This document shows, in pieces, positions 10,529 through 20,219 of a stretch of 64,000 bases of DNA. A program made the translations under genes and the position numbers. The notes beneath the pieces are model-generated. The model searched no databases. It had not been told where the DNA came from and worked only from the letters and a program-made list of their open reading frames with translations. How positions within the stretch are numbered: position 1 is the first letter of the stretch; every line of letters starts with the position of its first letter. The DNA comes from a virus. The stretch lies in the IMG/VR virus record IMGVR_UViG_3300023184_000048, positions 32,001 through 96,000 of that record; one strand, written 5' to 3'.

Positions 10529-10547
10529 CCTTAAAATAAATAACCAC

Positions 10548-11405
10548 ATGATTAAGAAAGATGTTTTTGGATATTTGTATAAACATACTAGATTAGATAA
10601 TAATGAAGTGTTTTATATAGGTATTGGAACATCTAAAAACTATGCAAGAGCTTATAATAAAACTAGGAGAAATCGCCTCTGGGTCAATATAGCAAATAAA
10701 ACTAATTACGTAGTTGAGATAGTTTTGGATAATATTCCTTATTCCGATTTATTGGAAAGAGAAAAAGAATTTATCAAATTATATGGTAGGAAAAATAAAA
10801 ATGAGGGAACTCTCGCCAATCTGACTGATGGTGGAGAAGGGGTGTTGGGTGCTATAAAGCCTCATGGTGGGAAAGGTAAGAGTTGGGATGAGATTTGCAA
10901 CAATCCCGAACAAGTTAGAATAAACAGAGAAAATAGAAGCAACCCATACAATATAAGTATACATTCTCCAGATGGAAATATTGAGGAAATAAGATGTGAA
11001 AATGTTGGAGACTTTAATAGGAAACTTAAATTAACATCTAAATACCTCAATATTTTAAAGAAAGAAAAATCCATAATAATCAAAAGGATAAGACTGGAGA
11101 CTAAACACAATTTTCAAACAGGGACAATATTATCATATCAACCAATTTATAGAGAAAAACAAACATTTATATACCCCAAGCCAAAACTTGGAGACAGACG
11201 TAAGCCTTTTACAGTATCAATAAAACAACCAGATAAGGATTCGGTAGATGTTTATTGTGAAAGCTATGATGATTTTTATAAAAAGATACCAGTGGCATCC
11301 AACATCTTAAAATCAATTATCAGAAATAAATTTGCAATTATTCAAAAAATAAAGAAAGAGGCGAGACATAACTTTTCTGTGGGAACGACTTTAACTTTAA
11401 TATGA
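10548..11405 (+). CDS. Free-standing homing endonuclease, GIY-YIG-like
   Basis: GYLYKHTRLDNNEVFYIGIG...RA...E...LANLTDGGEG N-terminal domain; repeated C-terminal segment; late TAAATA box. Confidence 0.8.
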   Translation: MIKKDVFGYLYKHTRLDNNEVFYIGIGTSKNYARAYNKTRRNRLWVNIANKTNYVVEIVLDNIPYSDLLEREKEFIKLYGRKNKNEGTLANLTDGGEGVLGAIKPHGGKGKSWDEICNNPEQVRINRENRSNPYNISIHSPDGNIEEIRCENVGDFNRKLKLTSKYLNILKKEKSIIIKRIRLETKHNFQTGTILSYQPIYREKQTFIYPKPKLGDRRKPFTVSIKQPDKDSVDVYCESYDDFYKKIPVASNILKSIIRNKFAIIQKIKKEARHNFSVGTTLTLI

Positions 11406-11490
11406 AGAGTTGTGTGGGTTAATATATTGAATTATGAAATGTGTTATTTAATCAAATAAATTTTCATCCTAAATTTGATTAAATAGGATT

Positions 11491-13812
11491 ATGGCTAGAA
11501 CAATCCAATCACCAAATGTAGAAATCCAAGAAAGAGACTTATCTCTCATCGCTCCTCAAAATGTCGGAACTAACGTGTTTATAACAGGTTATGCATCTCA
11601 AGGATATACTGATGAAGTGATCAAGATCTCTTCTAAGGATGAACTAGAAGCAATTTATGGCATTCCAACCAACTCCGCTGAAAGATATTTTTATCATGGT
11701 ATCAAAGAATTAATCAATTCCCCTGCAAATATCTATACTTATAGATTGCCTTATGGTGCGGGGACTGGGACAGGATTTGGATCTGAATACTCCGCACTTG
11801 TCTACCCAGCACTTACATACAATCCAACATTATCAACTGTTGAAAAAAGACTTGTTGTTGATTCTTTGAGTTCTGCGGTTTATGTTCTTGGATCTCCTGT
11901 CCAAGTTAAACTTACAGAAGATCAATATAACTCTGCTCAAGCTGGAACTCTATTCACTTGGTCCCAATCTGGATGTGATCAAATCGGTCTTTCTTCTTAT
12001 GATTCTCTTGGACAAGCTGGATTAATCATTCTTAATAAATCCCAAACAACAATTAATAGTCAATTTGAAGGTTATTATGTCGGTGTTGCTGATAATAGCA
12101 ACATCAACCCTGCAAGTAACTTTAATGCAATTGTTGGCGCGAAGACAGTAAGCACCTCTGCTAGTTATGTTGGTCTTTCTGGTGGAACTGGATATACCTC
12201 AATTCCAACTGGAACATTCCAATTCTCATTATCGACCACCGCTTCGGGTCAAGGTAGTATCTCTCAAGTTATGGAAAACTTGACCGATTATAACATCGAT
12301 GGAAGAGATGATGATGATCTTCTCAACATTGGTGTGTTCAAGCTTCGCAAGAGCTTGTATGCAGATCAGGCTTATAAGCTTGATTATGTTCTCGACAGTG
12401 CTGTGGTCGGATCTATTGATTCATTCAGACAACAACAAAACCCAACGGGTGGGCCAAGTGTTTCGTTCTTCTTGGAAAATAGAGACAACAACAGTAGAAA
12501 TATTGAAGTTCTTGTTAACCCATATATTTCCAACAAGTTTGGATCTACTGCGGTTGATGCTGGTGGACTTCCAAAGAAAAAAATCAGAGTTCTGACAAAT
12601 GAACTGGTCAATAATAATAATCTATCCAAATCTGGAATTCATAATGCTTCTCTGCTTACTCTTGCTGGTCGTTTGGGATATGCTGATAATATCTACCCAG
12701 TCGGAACATTCTCAGATGCTCAAGTGTCTTCTAAAGAACTTGGAAGCATTCCTTCCAAAATCGAACGTGCTCTTGAAGCTGTTAAGAATGATGAAATCTA
12801 TGATATCGATGTTGTGGTCGAAGCTGGACTTGGAACCATCTACAGTATGTCAGAAGCTGCGGGAACAACTTACTATGACGACACGGTATACACCAGTGCT
12901 CTGTCTGGTAAATTAGCCTCTCTAAGAACATCACAAACTCTTGATGCAACTGGTGAAGATATTCGTGGTGATTATTCAACAATTTTCAACGCATTTGAAA
13001 ATTTCTGCAATCTTCCAAGTAATACAGGTGGTCGTGGTGACTGTATGTTCATCGCTGATCCAATTCGTCAAATTATGGTTGTTGGTAAGAACACTAAAGT
13101 TCTTTCTGATAGATCCAAGAATTTCACAACCGATATTTATTGGGCTATGAGACATCAATTCGAGCTTGAGAATACTTCTTATGCTGCTGTCTATGGAAAC
13201 TGGGCGCAAACATACGATGAGTTCTTGGGTGATAAGATCTGGGTGCCATTCTCAAGTGTCGCTGGTGCTGCATTCGCTCGCAATGATGCTGCTGAATTCC
13301 CTTGGTCTGCTCCTGCTGGTTATACTAGAGGATTGGTCAGTGGTAATGTTGTAGACCTTGCAATCACACCTAACCAAAAGCAACGTGATGATCTATACAA
13401 GACAAGTATCAACCCTGTTCTGTTCAGTCCATCACAAGGTATGGCAATCTTTGGTCAAAAAACACTTAGTCGTAAACCAAGTGCATTTGATAGAATCAAT
13501 GTTCGTAGATTGTTCTTGGCACTCGAAAGACCAACCAAAAAAGCTTCTATCTTCTTTGTGTTTGAGCCAAATACAGAGTTCACAAGAACCAGACTGGTTA
13601 ATACTTTGACTCCTATCTTTGAATATGCTAAACAAAATCAAGGAGTTTATGATTATCTGATCATCTGTGATGAAAGAAATAATACTCCAGAAGTGATTGA
13701 TTCCAATGAATTAAAAGTTGATATCTATCTGAAAGCTGTGAGAACAGGTGAATTCATAATCGTAACGTTTACAAGTTCTAGATCCGACGCAAACTTCTTG
13801 GAGCTAATCTAA
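11491..13812 (+). CDS. gp18: Tail sheath protein, T4 gp18-like
   Basis: SPNVEIQERDLS N terminus; WSAPAGYTRG, INPVLF, IFGQKTL, AFDRINVRRLF C-terminal motifs. Confidence 0.95.
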   Translation: MARTIQSPNVEIQERDLSLIAPQNVGTNVFITGYASQGYTDEVIKISSKDELEAIYGIPTNSAERYFYHGIKELINSPANIYTYRLPYGAGTGTGFGSEYSALVYPALTYNPTLSTVEKRLVVDSLSSAVYVLGSPVQVKLTEDQYNSAQAGTLFTWSQSGCDQIGLSSYDSLGQAGLIILNKSQTTINSQFEGYYVGVADNSNINPASNFNAIVGAKTVSTSASYVGLSGGTGYTSIPTGTFQFSLSTTASGQGSISQVMENLTDYNIDGRDDDDLLNIGVFKLRKSLYADQAYKLDYVLDSAVVGSIDSFRQQQNPTGGPSVSFFLENRDNNSRNIEVLVNPYISNKFGSTAVDAGGLPKKKIRVLTNELVNNNNLSKSGIHNASLLTLAGRLGYADNIYPVGTFSDAQVSSKELGSIPSKIERALEAVKNDEIYDIDVVVEAGLGTIYSMSEAAGTTYYDDTVYTSALSGKLASLRTSQTLDATGEDIRGDYSTIFNAFENFCNLPSNTGGRGDCMFIADPIRQIMVVGKNTKVLSDRSKNFTTDIYWAMRHQFELENTSYAAVYGNWAQTYDEFLGDKIWVPFSSVAGAAFARNDAAEFPWSAPAGYTRGLVSGNVVDLAITPNQKQRDDLYKTSINPVLFSPSQGMAIFGQKTLSRKPSAFDRINVRRLFLALERPTKKASIFFVFEPNTEFTRTRLVNTLTPIFEYAKQNQGVYDYLIICDERNNTPEVIDSNELKVDIYLKAVRTGEFIIVTFTSSRSDANFLELI

Positions 13813-13827
13813 AATAAATATATCTAC

Positions 13828-13868
13828 AAAAACCCCTCAAGTGTAAAATCTTGAGGGGTTTTTGTTTT
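13828..13868 (+). terminator. Rho-independent terminator after the sheath gene
   Basis: Stem AAAAACCCCTCAAG/CTTGAGGGGTTTTT with 8-nt loop and T-rich tail. Confidence 0.85.
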
Positions 13869-13893
13869 TCATATCAAAAGATTAAATAGTATT

Positions 13894-14460
13894 ATGGCTA
13901 TTGACATCAATACTTTCTTCAATATCGCTGGACAGAAGCAATTTTCCAGAGACTTCTTCATGCGTGTTAAACAAATCAACGCAGTTGGTATTTCTCTTGA
14001 TGGAGAAAATGAATTGGTCTATGCCAGAACTGCTGCTTTACCCGGAAGAGATATCGAAGATAAAGTTGTAAAATATTCTGGACAAGATTTCCACTTAAAT
14101 GGAAAATCAAATTATCCGGGGTCAGAGTCTTATGCGATTGAATTTTATCACGATCAAGATTTGGATCTGAGATCTAAATTGGAGAAAATGTCTAGAGCTA
14201 GTTTTGATAATGAAACTACCTCTGGTCAAATGTGTATGCCGGGACCGGAAAGTTATATCATTCTTGATGTTTTAAAAGCTCCATGCGGTCAAGGTAATCA
14301 AGGTGGTCAAGGATTTGAAACAGTCAAAACCATCAAGCTTGTGGGTGTCAACCTCAGAACAATTGGAGAAGTTGGATATCAAATTGCTGATGGTTCTGGT
14401 GAAATCCTGACATTGAATTCAACGTGGAGTTTTCATTTCTACGAAAACTTCGCCAAGTAA
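13894..14460 (+). CDS. gp19: Tail tube protein, T4 gp19-like
   Basis: Follows sheath; ARTAALPGRDI, GSESYAIEFYHD, IGEVGY...TWSFHFY tube fold. Confidence 0.8.
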   Translation: MAIDINTFFNIAGQKQFSRDFFMRVKQINAVGISLDGENELVYARTAALPGRDIEDKVVKYSGQDFHLNGKSNYPGSESYAIEFYHDQDLDLRSKLEKMSRASFDNETTSGQMCMPGPESYIILDVLKAPCGQGNQGGQGFETVKTIKLVGVNLRTIGEVGYQIADGSGEILTLNSTWSFHFYENFAK

Positions 14461-14481
14461 TTGTTGATTCTAAATAATATC

Positions 14482-14898
14482 ATGATCAGATTAAACAGGG
14501 AGGACCAACTTCTACTAGAAGAATTGTATCTGGATGTAATTAGTGAAGGGTGGAAGAGTAAAGCTGTTGGTGCTGCTGCTGGACTGGGTTTACTTGGGTT
14601 GATTCCCATTCCCTATAATAAGGAATCGGCCCAAGATGAAAAAGGAAATACTAGGATTTCAAATGTTGACATACATGATTCATTCAAAGATACAAACAAC
14701 ATAAAAAGATTAATAACCACTTATTTCAAATCACAAGGAAAAGAAGTAGGTGTGAACATCAACGGAGATGTTATAACTATCCGATCTGATAAAGGATCAA
14801 AAACTTTGAATATTTCTACTTTAAAGTTGGCGGTTGATACAGCTAAAGAAAATGGTGATAGTTCTAAATTATCTGGATACTTAGCACAAAATTTATAA
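14482..14898 (+). CDS. Hypothetical late protein, possible internal head protein
   Basis: ATG 5 nt after TAAATA; LLLEE..VISE^GW followed by a hydrophobic Gly/Ala stretch. Confidence 0.55.
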   Translation: MIRLNREDQLLLEELYLDVISEGWKSKAVGAAAGLGLLGLIPIPYNKESAQDEKGNTRISNVDIHDSFKDTNNIKRLITTYFKSQGKEVGVNINGDVITIRSDKGSKTLNISTLKLAVDTAKENGDSSKLSGYLAQNL

Positions 14899-15489
14899 AT
14901 GACCAACATTAATCAATTCTTAGCTGCATTCTCAGGTGATAGAAAATTCTTTTTGCATCTACCTGTATTGTGGACCGTTACAATTGATGGAGTCTCTACA
15001 GGTTCTATCAATAGTGTGTTGGGTGATGCTGGTGAAAAATGGTCAGCTAAAATTGATCCGGGTTCTATGACTAAAGGTGATGATATACTTGTTGCTCAAG
15101 AGGTGACAATCCCCGGAGAATCTTCTAATTTTGCAGCAATGGAGTCAGGATCAGGTATGGGTGGTTTTTTGCCCGGATATGGTTTGAATTCTAGATCTAA
15201 CTTTTTGGAAAGAGGATTCAGTATCAATTTCTTGGAAACTGAAGTGGATCTGGAGCATAATTTTGTTAGACCTTGGATGATTGCAGTGGGTATCAATGGA
15301 TTGGTTGGTTCAAGTTTGAAAGGTAACATTGAAGTTAGACAATTCACAAATTCTGGTCAATTGATGAAAGGTTATAAATTTAAGAAGTGTTTTCCTACTA
15401 ATGTTGAAGGTATTACCTTAAACTATGATTCAACAGATTTCAAGATTAAATCAGTTACATTTGGATGTGAAAACTATGAACAGCTCTAA
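14899..15489 (+). CDS. Tail tube-like/baseplate-tube initiator (gp54-like)
   Basis: VTIPGE, FSINFLET, YKFKKCFPTNV tube-family motifs. Confidence 0.6.
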   Translation: MTNINQFLAAFSGDRKFFLHLPVLWTVTIDGVSTGSINSVLGDAGEKWSAKIDPGSMTKGDDILVAQEVTIPGESSNFAAMESGSGMGGFLPGYGLNSRSNFLERGFSINFLETEVDLEHNFVRPWMIAVGINGLVGSSLKGNIEVRQFTNSGQLMKGYKFKKCFPTNVEGITLNYDSTDFKIKSVTFGCENYEQL

Positions 15490-16192
15490 GGTTACATTCT
15501 CTAAGTTGAGAGAGATAACAGAACAATTACAAAAATCAAATGATAAACCTCTAATTGATTTTTGTAATTCATTTGAGGGTGATAATGTCTATGATAAATT
15601 TAAGAATTTGTTAATATCTTGGAATAATGATGTTGCTTATGAATTAAATGTCAACTTGAATGACAAACCCACCAAACTCTCCTTTTCTTATATTATTTCT
15701 CAAATTAAAGAAATTTCAAATCTGGACTTGACAATCTCGGATGATGACATTACAATTAATTTAGGAATTCCAAAAAACTTTAGTAATAATAGTGATATAT
15801 TACCAATATATGAAATGATCTATTATATTAATATTTCTGGTATAAGTATTAATTTATTAAATTTGGATAATTATAATAAGAAACTAATATTGGACAATTT
15901 ACCTGCTAAAGTCTATAATTTACTATTGAATGATATTATCAAAGATAAAACTAAAATACTAGACTTTGACAATCCATTATTATCAACTATTAAGTTAAAT
16001 TTTTTAACATTAGAACCTTATATGTTTATTAAAGGACTATTTTCCAATTATAATGAAGATTATTTCAGGGATGTGATCTTTCATTTGTCAAAAAGGATTG
16101 ATGGTCAATTATTACTTGACAGCACACCCTTAGACATCGAGTATTACATCGAAAAATACTCAAAAGAGATGGAAAATCAGAATAATGGTTGA
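15476..16192 (+). CDS. Probable baseplate hub assembly protein
   Basis: Lies between tube-like gene and tape measure; start uncertain (15425 or 15476). Confidence 0.45.
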   Translation: MNSSKVTFSKLREITEQLQKSNDKPLIDFCNSFEGDNVYDKFKNLLISWNNDVAYELNVNLNDKPTKLSFSYIISQIKEISNLDLTISDDDITINLGIPKNFSNNSDILPIYEMIYYINISGISINLLNLDNYNKKLILDNLPAKVYNLLLNDIIKDKTKILDFDNPLLSTIKLNFLTLEPYMFIKGLFSNYNEDYFRDVIFHLSKRIDGQLLLDSTPLDIEYYIEKYSKEMENQNNG

Positions 16193-16224
16193 TTAAGTCG
16201 ATTTGTGTGGTAAATATCAAATAT

Positions 16225-16953
16225 ATGGAAGAATCCACCAAAACATTTCTCGAAAAGCTTCAGGAACTCAAAGAAAAGAAGATCAAAGTTGATGTATTAT
16301 CAACTAAAAAACAAATTGATGCTTCTCCACTCTCATTCAAACAACAAAAAGATCTAATTTCGACTATTGCTGATGGATCGATTGGTTCTTTGAAATTCCA
16401 GAAGTTTATCAATGATATTATCATCCAAAATACTGGAGATTCTACTCTCAAAGTTACCGATAAGCTTCCGATCATTGTTCAACTTAGAGTTGATTCGATT
16501 GGTAATAAAATCAAGTTTGGTGAGGATGAGGTTGAAATTTCTCTTGATAAGATTCTTAAACTTAAACCAAAGAATTCAAAAACACTTAAGGGTGATATTT
16601 CGATTGAATTGGAAGTTCCTACCTTATCAGAAGAGAATGAGATTATCCTAGCAACTATTCAAACCTTGAAAAAAGATGGTGAGCAAGAGGTTGGTAAAAA
16701 TGTGGGTAGTATTTATACTTATGAGATTGTGAAGTATGTTAAGACTATCAAATTTGGTGATCAAACTCTTGACTTCAAAGAAGTCTCAATCAGGGATCGT
16801 GTCAAAATTGTAGATAATCTACCACTATCTACAAATAAAGAAATCATCTCATTTATTCAAGAGATTAAGAAACTTGAATCGGAAGCTTTGGTTGTTCAGG
16901 TTGATGGGCAGGACAAATATTTTGATATTGATGTAAGTTTCTTTGATTCATAA
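16225..16953 (+). CDS. Baseplate hub assembly protein, gp26-like
   Basis: PLSFKQQKDLI, IIVQLRVDSIG, IELEVPTL, VDNLP pattern; context; start uncertain (16189 or 16225). Confidence 0.55.
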   Translation: MEESTKTFLEKLQELKEKKIKVDVLSTKKQIDASPLSFKQQKDLISTIADGSIGSLKFQKFINDIIIQNTGDSTLKVTDKLPIIVQLRVDSIGNKIKFGEDEVEISLDKILKLKPKNSKTLKGDISIELEVPTLSEENEIILATIQTLKKDGEQEVGKNVGSIYTYEIVKYVKTIKFGDQTLDFKEVSIRDRVKIVDNLPLSTNKEIISFIQEIKKLESEALVVQVDGQDKYFDIDVSFFDS

Positions 16954-16973
16954 TTCCTTCTTAAATAATAGGG

Positions 16974-18941
16974 ATGGATGAAGTTATCCTTAAATTATTA
17001 GGCTTATTGGAACAACTCGTAGAAGAGAAAGGTGTTCCAAAGACTGATAATTTGGCTGATAAGAACATTGTTAACAATGAGGATAATCAGAAGGGTAAAT
17101 CTGCTGGACTAACGAACATTGAAAAGAAAAGACTTGAGCAATCTTTTACAATTTTCAACAAGTTGTTTTTTGAATATCAAAAGAAAGTAATGCCTGATGA
17201 AAAGGAGAAAACATTAGTTCAGGATATCGCGAAGAAACAAAACACAACAGTAATACCAGCAGAACAATATCAAGAGAAGAAAGGTTCTGGTATGTTATCA
17301 ATGCTTTTAGGTGGATTGGCTTTATTAGGAGCATCTGTTGGAGGCATCATAGCTTCATTATCTGGGTTCTTTGGTGATGCTGGTAGTAAAGTGTTGGAGG
17401 CTGTTGGCAAACTTGGCTTTATGGGAGCACTGAAAATGCTGAGTAAAACAATCCTCAAAAAATTATCTTTAAAAGTTTTGAAGAGATTGCCATTCATTGG
17501 TGGTATCATAGGATTGTATTTTGCTTACGATGCTTTCAAGCAAGGTAATATTTTTAAAGGTGTTGCTGAATTGATATCTGCATTACTTAATTTTGTTCCC
17601 GGTATTGGTCCTATATTGTCCATAGGAGCAGATTTGTTGATTGCTTGGGCTGATAGTAAGGGAATGTTCTCCGAAGGTGGTTCATTGAGTCCTGAGAACG
17701 GTTGGAATACGATTAAGGGTTGGGTTAGTAGTATTGGTAAGGTTATTTCTGATAATGCTTTATATCTTCCAATCATTGGAACATTTATGAGATTTGGAAT
17801 GGCTATTGATTCATTCAAATCTGGAAATATCGGAGAAGGCTTGAAACAAGTTGGTCTTGGACTATTTACATTGATTCCGGGTGGTGGATTATTGATCAAA
17901 GGTATTGAAGTCCTTTCAGGATTTCTAAACTCTGATAAATCACCAGAACCTAATATTACTGCTGATAGTTCTTGGGGTGAAAGAATCATGGGTTGGATCA
18001 GATCCAAGTTAAAAGACCTTCCATGGTTTATCAAAAAGCCATTAGCATGGTTTGGTATTATTTCTGATGATCAGGTCGGTGAACCTTCTGGAATGTGGAA
18101 TAGTGTCACTGATGGTGTTAAAAAAGGATTTGAAAGCACTAAGCAATTTGTTGGTGGTATTTGGGATAAAGTTAAAGGACCAATGGGTGATGCTGTTGGT
18201 GTCATAGGTGAATTTGCTACTGATGCTTGGACCAACACTAAAGAATATGCTTCACAAGCATGGGACATGGTTAAGGAGCAGGCACCGAAGATTTGGGACT
18301 CTATCAAGAACACTTCAAAAGAAGCTTGGGACTTGGTTGCTGAATATGCGCCGAAGGCTTGGAACTCTGTTAAAGAAGTATCATCTAAAGCTTGGGAGGT
18401 TACTAAACAGGCTGGATCATGGTTTGCTGATACGATAAGTGAAATGGCAACCAAGACAAAAAATCTAATCAATGATTGGATACCCGGAATTGTGAATGTT
18501 ATATCTGGTATTGCTGATGGAGCTATGAACGTTCTCAAGAGTATTGCTGATAAGATTGGTGGCTGGATTGCTGGTCTATTTTCATCTGATGACCAAAGCA
18601 AATTAAAAGAAGTCACCAAACAAGCTTCGGAAAAACAAAAATTGATAGCTGATACATCTTTGTCCAATATGAATATAGAGAATCTGGTGAAGGGTTCAAT
18701 TATTCAAAATAATTGGATGGAGAATCTACACAAGGCATCTCTTGAACAAGTTAGACTTCTCGGTAATCTTGTTAATATCGGATCAAGCTCATTACAAGAG
18801 TTGAAGAGAATATCTGGTAATAATTCTGGAGGTGGAACTACAATCATTCAACAATCATCCAATCAATCGGAAAAAACTCCATTAATTCCAGTTGGGAATA
18901 ATAGAGGAGGCTTCAGTTCTAGCTCATATGCGCTTTCTTAA
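16974..18941 (+). CDS. Tape measure protein
   Basis: Gly-rich hydrophobic repeats (LPFIGGIIG/LPIIGTFM) and about 11-residue Trp repeats (AW..VKE...KAW); tail module position. Confidence 0.75.
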   Translation: MDEVILKLLGLLEQLVEEKGVPKTDNLADKNIVNNEDNQKGKSAGLTNIEKKRLEQSFTIFNKLFFEYQKKVMPDEKEKTLVQDIAKKQNTTVIPAEQYQEKKGSGMLSMLLGGLALLGASVGGIIASLSGFFGDAGSKVLEAVGKLGFMGALKMLSKTILKKLSLKVLKRLPFIGGIIGLYFAYDAFKQGNIFKGVAELISALLNFVPGIGPILSIGADLLIAWADSKGMFSEGGSLSPENGWNTIKGWVSSIGKVISDNALYLPIIGTFMRFGMAIDSFKSGNIGEGLKQVGLGLFTLIPGGGLLIKGIEVLSGFLNSDKSPEPNITADSSWGERIMGWIRSKLKDLPWFIKKPLAWFGIISDDQVGEPSGMWNSVTDGVKKGFESTKQFVGGIWDKVKGPMGDAVGVIGEFATDAWTNTKEYASQAWDMVKEQAPKIWDSIKNTSKEAWDLVAEYAPKAWNSVKEVSSKAWEVTKQAGSWFADTISEMATKTKNLINDWIPGIVNVISGIADGAMNVLKSIADKIGGWIAGLFSSDDQSKLKEVTKQASEKQKLIADTSLSNMNIENLVKGSIIQNNWMENLHKASLEQVRLLGNLVNIGSSSLQELKRISGNNSGGGTTIIQQSSNQSEKTPLIPVGNNRGGFSSSSYALS

Positions 18942-18949
18942 ATAATTAC

Positions 18950-19801
18950 ATGGCAAAATATGATGTAGTTAAAGATTATGATTGGACAAGTGCTCCAAGA
19001 GGATCTGCTATTCGCAAAAAAGCCCCAAGAGTTTGGGTGAAGTCATATCAATTAAAATCTAATCAAATTCTTCAAATGATTGAAGGATATACAAATATTA
19101 AAGATGGTGTTGGTGGAGATGCAAAATCTTTTTATGATAAGATGTATGCTAAAGCTACTTCACCAGAAGATGATTTCAATTTTCCATTTTTTAATGATAA
19201 TGTCAGATCATTTAGTAATACTTTCGGTGATACTTTCCAAGATGGATTTGGTGGCGGTGGTGGTATAGGGACTACTGCTAATGAATTGATGAAATCTGCA
19301 TTAGGGACATCTGCTCAAGTAGCAGGAGTTGTAGGTGTTGATAATGGCATAGCAGCAGCCAAACAAGCTTTAGGTGGAGATTTTTCAGGTGCAATCAATA
19401 CTATTGTTGGGGGAGTTAAGTCTGGTGGCGATCCCGGAACATATATCGAAACTCCTATGTTTTATCAATTTGAAAAAAATGATGGACCTCTTGAAGTATC
19501 TTTCATGTTATCAAATACTATAAATGATGATTATGATAAAAATTTAAAATTGGTTCAATATCTCACAAGAATTAATAGACCATTGAGAAAAAATAGTATT
19601 GCAGTAGATCCTCCTAGAATTTTCCAAGTTAAAGTCCCCGGACATCGATTTATCAAATGGGCATCATGTGAAAGTTTTAGTGTTAGTTTTGTTGGAACAA
19701 GAAGACTTATCGATGATAAAATTATTCCAGAAGGATTTCAAATTTCTATGAGTTTCAAAAGTTTGACGTTAGAACATTCAGGTTTTATGGACCTCGTTTA
19801 A
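18950..19801 (+). CDS. Baseplate tail-tube cap, gp48-like
   Basis: PPRIFQVKVPG...ASCESFSVSFVG, ISMSFKSL C-terminal pattern; upstream of gp53. Confidence 0.55.
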   Translation: MAKYDVVKDYDWTSAPRGSAIRKKAPRVWVKSYQLKSNQILQMIEGYTNIKDGVGGDAKSFYDKMYAKATSPEDDFNFPFFNDNVRSFSNTFGDTFQDGFGGGGGIGTTANELMKSALGTSAQVAGVVGVDNGIAAAKQALGGDFSGAINTIVGGVKSGGDPGTYIETPMFYQFEKNDGPLEVSFMLSNTINDDYDKNLKLVQYLTRINRPLRKNSIAVDPPRIFQVKVPGHRFIKWASCESFSVSFVGTRRLIDDKIIPEGFQISMSFKSLTLEHSGFMDLV

Positions 19802-19809
19802 TCAATTAT

Positions 19810-20211
19810 ATGAGCATCATCACAGGACAATACCAAAACGAAATTCCTTCTTTATCTGCATTACAGATTCAGAATTATGAAAGAATTTTCAAAGTATTCC
19901 AAGAATCAGTAAACAATAAAGATTTTTACATTTATAATATTTTGAAAAGAATTGATTTTCCTGAAATTGATTCACAATATATTGAATATTATAATGTTGA
20001 AAGTAAAATGGCTTTGACAATACTTTCTTATAAAATTTATGAAGATATTCAAAGTTGGTGGATATTATATCTTTTGAATAAAGATAAATTTGAAGGTGCT
20101 CCATTTTATGTGAATGGCGGAACTCAAATCAAGTATATTTCTGATTCAGTGAGAACAGCAATTTATACTGATATAACCAATTCTACAGTTTACGGAGGAA
20201 GGCACTACTAA
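19810..20211 (+). CDS. gp53: Baseplate wedge protein, gp53-like
   Basis: LSYKIYEDIQSWWILYLLN LysM-like gp53 signature. Confidence 0.75.
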   Translation: MSIITGQYQNEIPSLSALQIQNYERIFKVFQESVNNKDFYIYNILKRIDFPEIDSQYIEYYNVESKMALTILSYKIYEDIQSWWILYLLNKDKFEGAPFYVNGGTQIKYISDSVRTAIYTDITNSTVYGGRHY

Positions 20212-20219
20212 TTATAATA

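Noticed and set aside
12299-13641. Several short overlapping ORFs inside the sheath gene
   Set aside because: Fully nested in a highly conserved gene, with no independent signals
17270-18667. Antisense ORFs of 79-198 aa over the tape measure gene
   Set aside because: Shadows of Gly/Trp-rich coding on the + strand; no promoter motif or protein signature
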